From Alistipes onderdonkii (GTDB taxonomy: Bacteria > Actinomycetota > Coriobacteriia > Coriobacteriales > UMGS124): 57,376 nt of DNA. The translations under genes and the position numbers were made by a program. This document shows, one piece after another, positions 56,690 to 57,376 of this stretch (the stretch's first letter is position 1; the number at the start of each line of letters is the position of its first letter). The stretch covers positions 1 through 57,376 of the forward strand of contig CAVJGP010000003.1 of the NCBI GenBank assembly GCA_963648855.1, read 5' to 3'. The notes beneath the pieces are model-generated. The model was not told the DNA's origin. It did no database searches and saw nothing but the letters and a program-made list of their open reading frames with translations.

Positions 56690-57352
56690 GTGAAGTTCTT
56701 CCTCGACACGGCGGATCTTGATGAGATTCGCGAGGCTGCGTCCTGGGGCGTTGTCGCAGGCGTGACCACCAACCCGTCGCTGTACGCCAAGATCGGCGGC
56801 AAGCTCGCCGACTTCGAGAACCACATCGCCCGCATCTGCGAGATCGTCGACGGCCCCGTGTCCGCTGAGACCACCGCCATGACCCGCGACCAGATCGTCG
56901 CCGACGGCCGCCGCCTGGCTGCCATCGCCCCCAACGTGGTCGTGAAGATCCCCGTTATGGCCGAGGGCCTCGCCGCCACCAAGCAGCTCGCCAGCGAGGG
57001 CATCGCGGTCAACATGACGCTCGTCTTCTCCGCGCCCCAGGCCATCATGGCCGCCCGTGCCGGCGCGCGCTACATCTCCCCGTTCGTCGGTCGTTTCGAC
57101 GACATCGCCGAGGACGGCCTCAACCAGCTCTCCGACATCGTGAACTGCATCGGCAACTACGACTTCGGCCATGAGGTCGAGATCATCGCCGCCTCCGTGC
57201 GCTCTCCCCACCACGTGACCCAGGCTGCTCTCATGGGCGCGGACATCGCCACCGTGCCCTTCGGCGCTCTCAAGAAGTGCATCGAGCACCCCCTGACCGA
57301 CCGCGGTCTCGAGCGCTTCCTGGCCGATTGGAAGAAAGTTGAGCAGGCATGA
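56690..57352 (+). CDS. Fructose-6-phosphate aldolase / short transaldolase (class 3B)
   Basis: (V)KFFLDTADLDEIREAASWGVVAGVTTNPSL and ..NVVVKIPV.. (Schiff-base Lys). GTG start follows AAAGGAG. Confidence 0.92.
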   Translation: MKFFLDTADLDEIREAASWGVVAGVTTNPSLYAKIGGKLADFENHIARICEIVDGPVSAETTAMTRDQIVADGRRLAAIAPNVVVKIPVMAEGLAATKQLASEGIAVNMTLVFSAPQAIMAARAGARYISPFVGRFDDIAEDGLNQLSDIVNCIGNYDFGHEVEIIAASVRSPHHVTQAALMGADIATVPFGALKKCIEHPLTDRGLERFLADWKKVEQA

Positions 57353-57376
57353 TCGAGGATTCCTCGACTGAGGCCC

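Noticed and set aside
57350-57376. Possible start of another CDS (ATGA overlap with the transaldolase stop; MIEDSSTEA...)
   Set aside because: Only 9 codons are visible at the window edge, which is too little to support a call.
1-57376. Search for CRISPR arrays, transposase or integrase genes, prophage or defence-island signatures, toxin-antitoxin pairs, and rRNA/tRNA genes
   Set aside because: None was found. The only tandem repeats are the in-frame coding repeats in the ECF ORF. The only sizeable inverted repeat is the 143-bp element at 42695-42837. Gene content is otherwise housekeeping with conserved synteny.

Overview
High-GC (Actinomycetota-like, possibly Coriobacteriia; inference from composition and synteny only) core-genome window. 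All product calls come from recognising conserved motifs and synteny by eye in the supplied translations; no database search was run.

Gene content, in order:
- 1-16.8 kb (+): 3' end of fusA, then the complete S10/spc/alpha ribosomal-protein cluster from rpsJ to rplQ, including secY, adk, map, infA, rpoA and an untracked rpmJ.
- 16.9-22.0 kb (+): the conserved ECF-transporter module and truA, then a DapL-type aminotransferase.
- 22.2-29.7 kb: an M16C metallopeptidase (-), a DUF47 protein, aspS and a repeat-built surface protein.
- 29.9-33.1 kb (+): feoA-feoA-feoB plus a small Cys-rich gene.
- 33.3-42.6 kb: a nitrogen-assimilation cluster of glnA, luxS, gltD-gltB (-) and a divergent atypical OmpR/GlnR-like regulator.
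- 42.9-50.0 kb: an FAD oxidoreductase (-), ruvCAB, a hypothetical gene, fhs-folD and a cold-shock gene.
- 50.3-57.4 kb: a minus-strand operon tmk-holB-ricT(PSP1)-ATP-grasp-HAD, then a tandem-MarR regulator and a transaldolase/FSA gene.

I found no CRISPR array, transposase, integrase, tRNA/rRNA gene or recognisable defence or toxin module. I therefore cannot point to a clear novel multi-gene system.

The most unusual items:
1. EcfA1, EcfA2 and EcfT are encoded in one uninterrupted 1008-codon ORF. It carries tandem-repeat-built insertions: 60-bp repeats inside the first ATPase, and 57-bp plus 33-bp repeats forming the ATPase-to-EcfT linker.
2. The response regulator divergent from gltBD has lost every phospho-pocket residue. 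The shared intergenic region holds a cluster of GAAAC/GTTTC/GTAAC half-sites.
3. A 143-bp nested perfect inverted-repeat element lies between convergent genes.
4. A pilin-isopeptide-like repeat protein is anchored by a C-terminal TM helix instead of LPxTG.
5. The closed, multi-hairpin aspS leader contains a T-box-like GGGUGGCAC motif.
6. The RicT/PSP1 protein has a ~290-aa basic low-complexity tail.
7. Terminator-like hairpins and long structured spacers sit inside the ribosomal-protein operons.

Many very long ORFs in the track lie antisense to these genes. They are typical high-GC shadow ORFs and were rejected.
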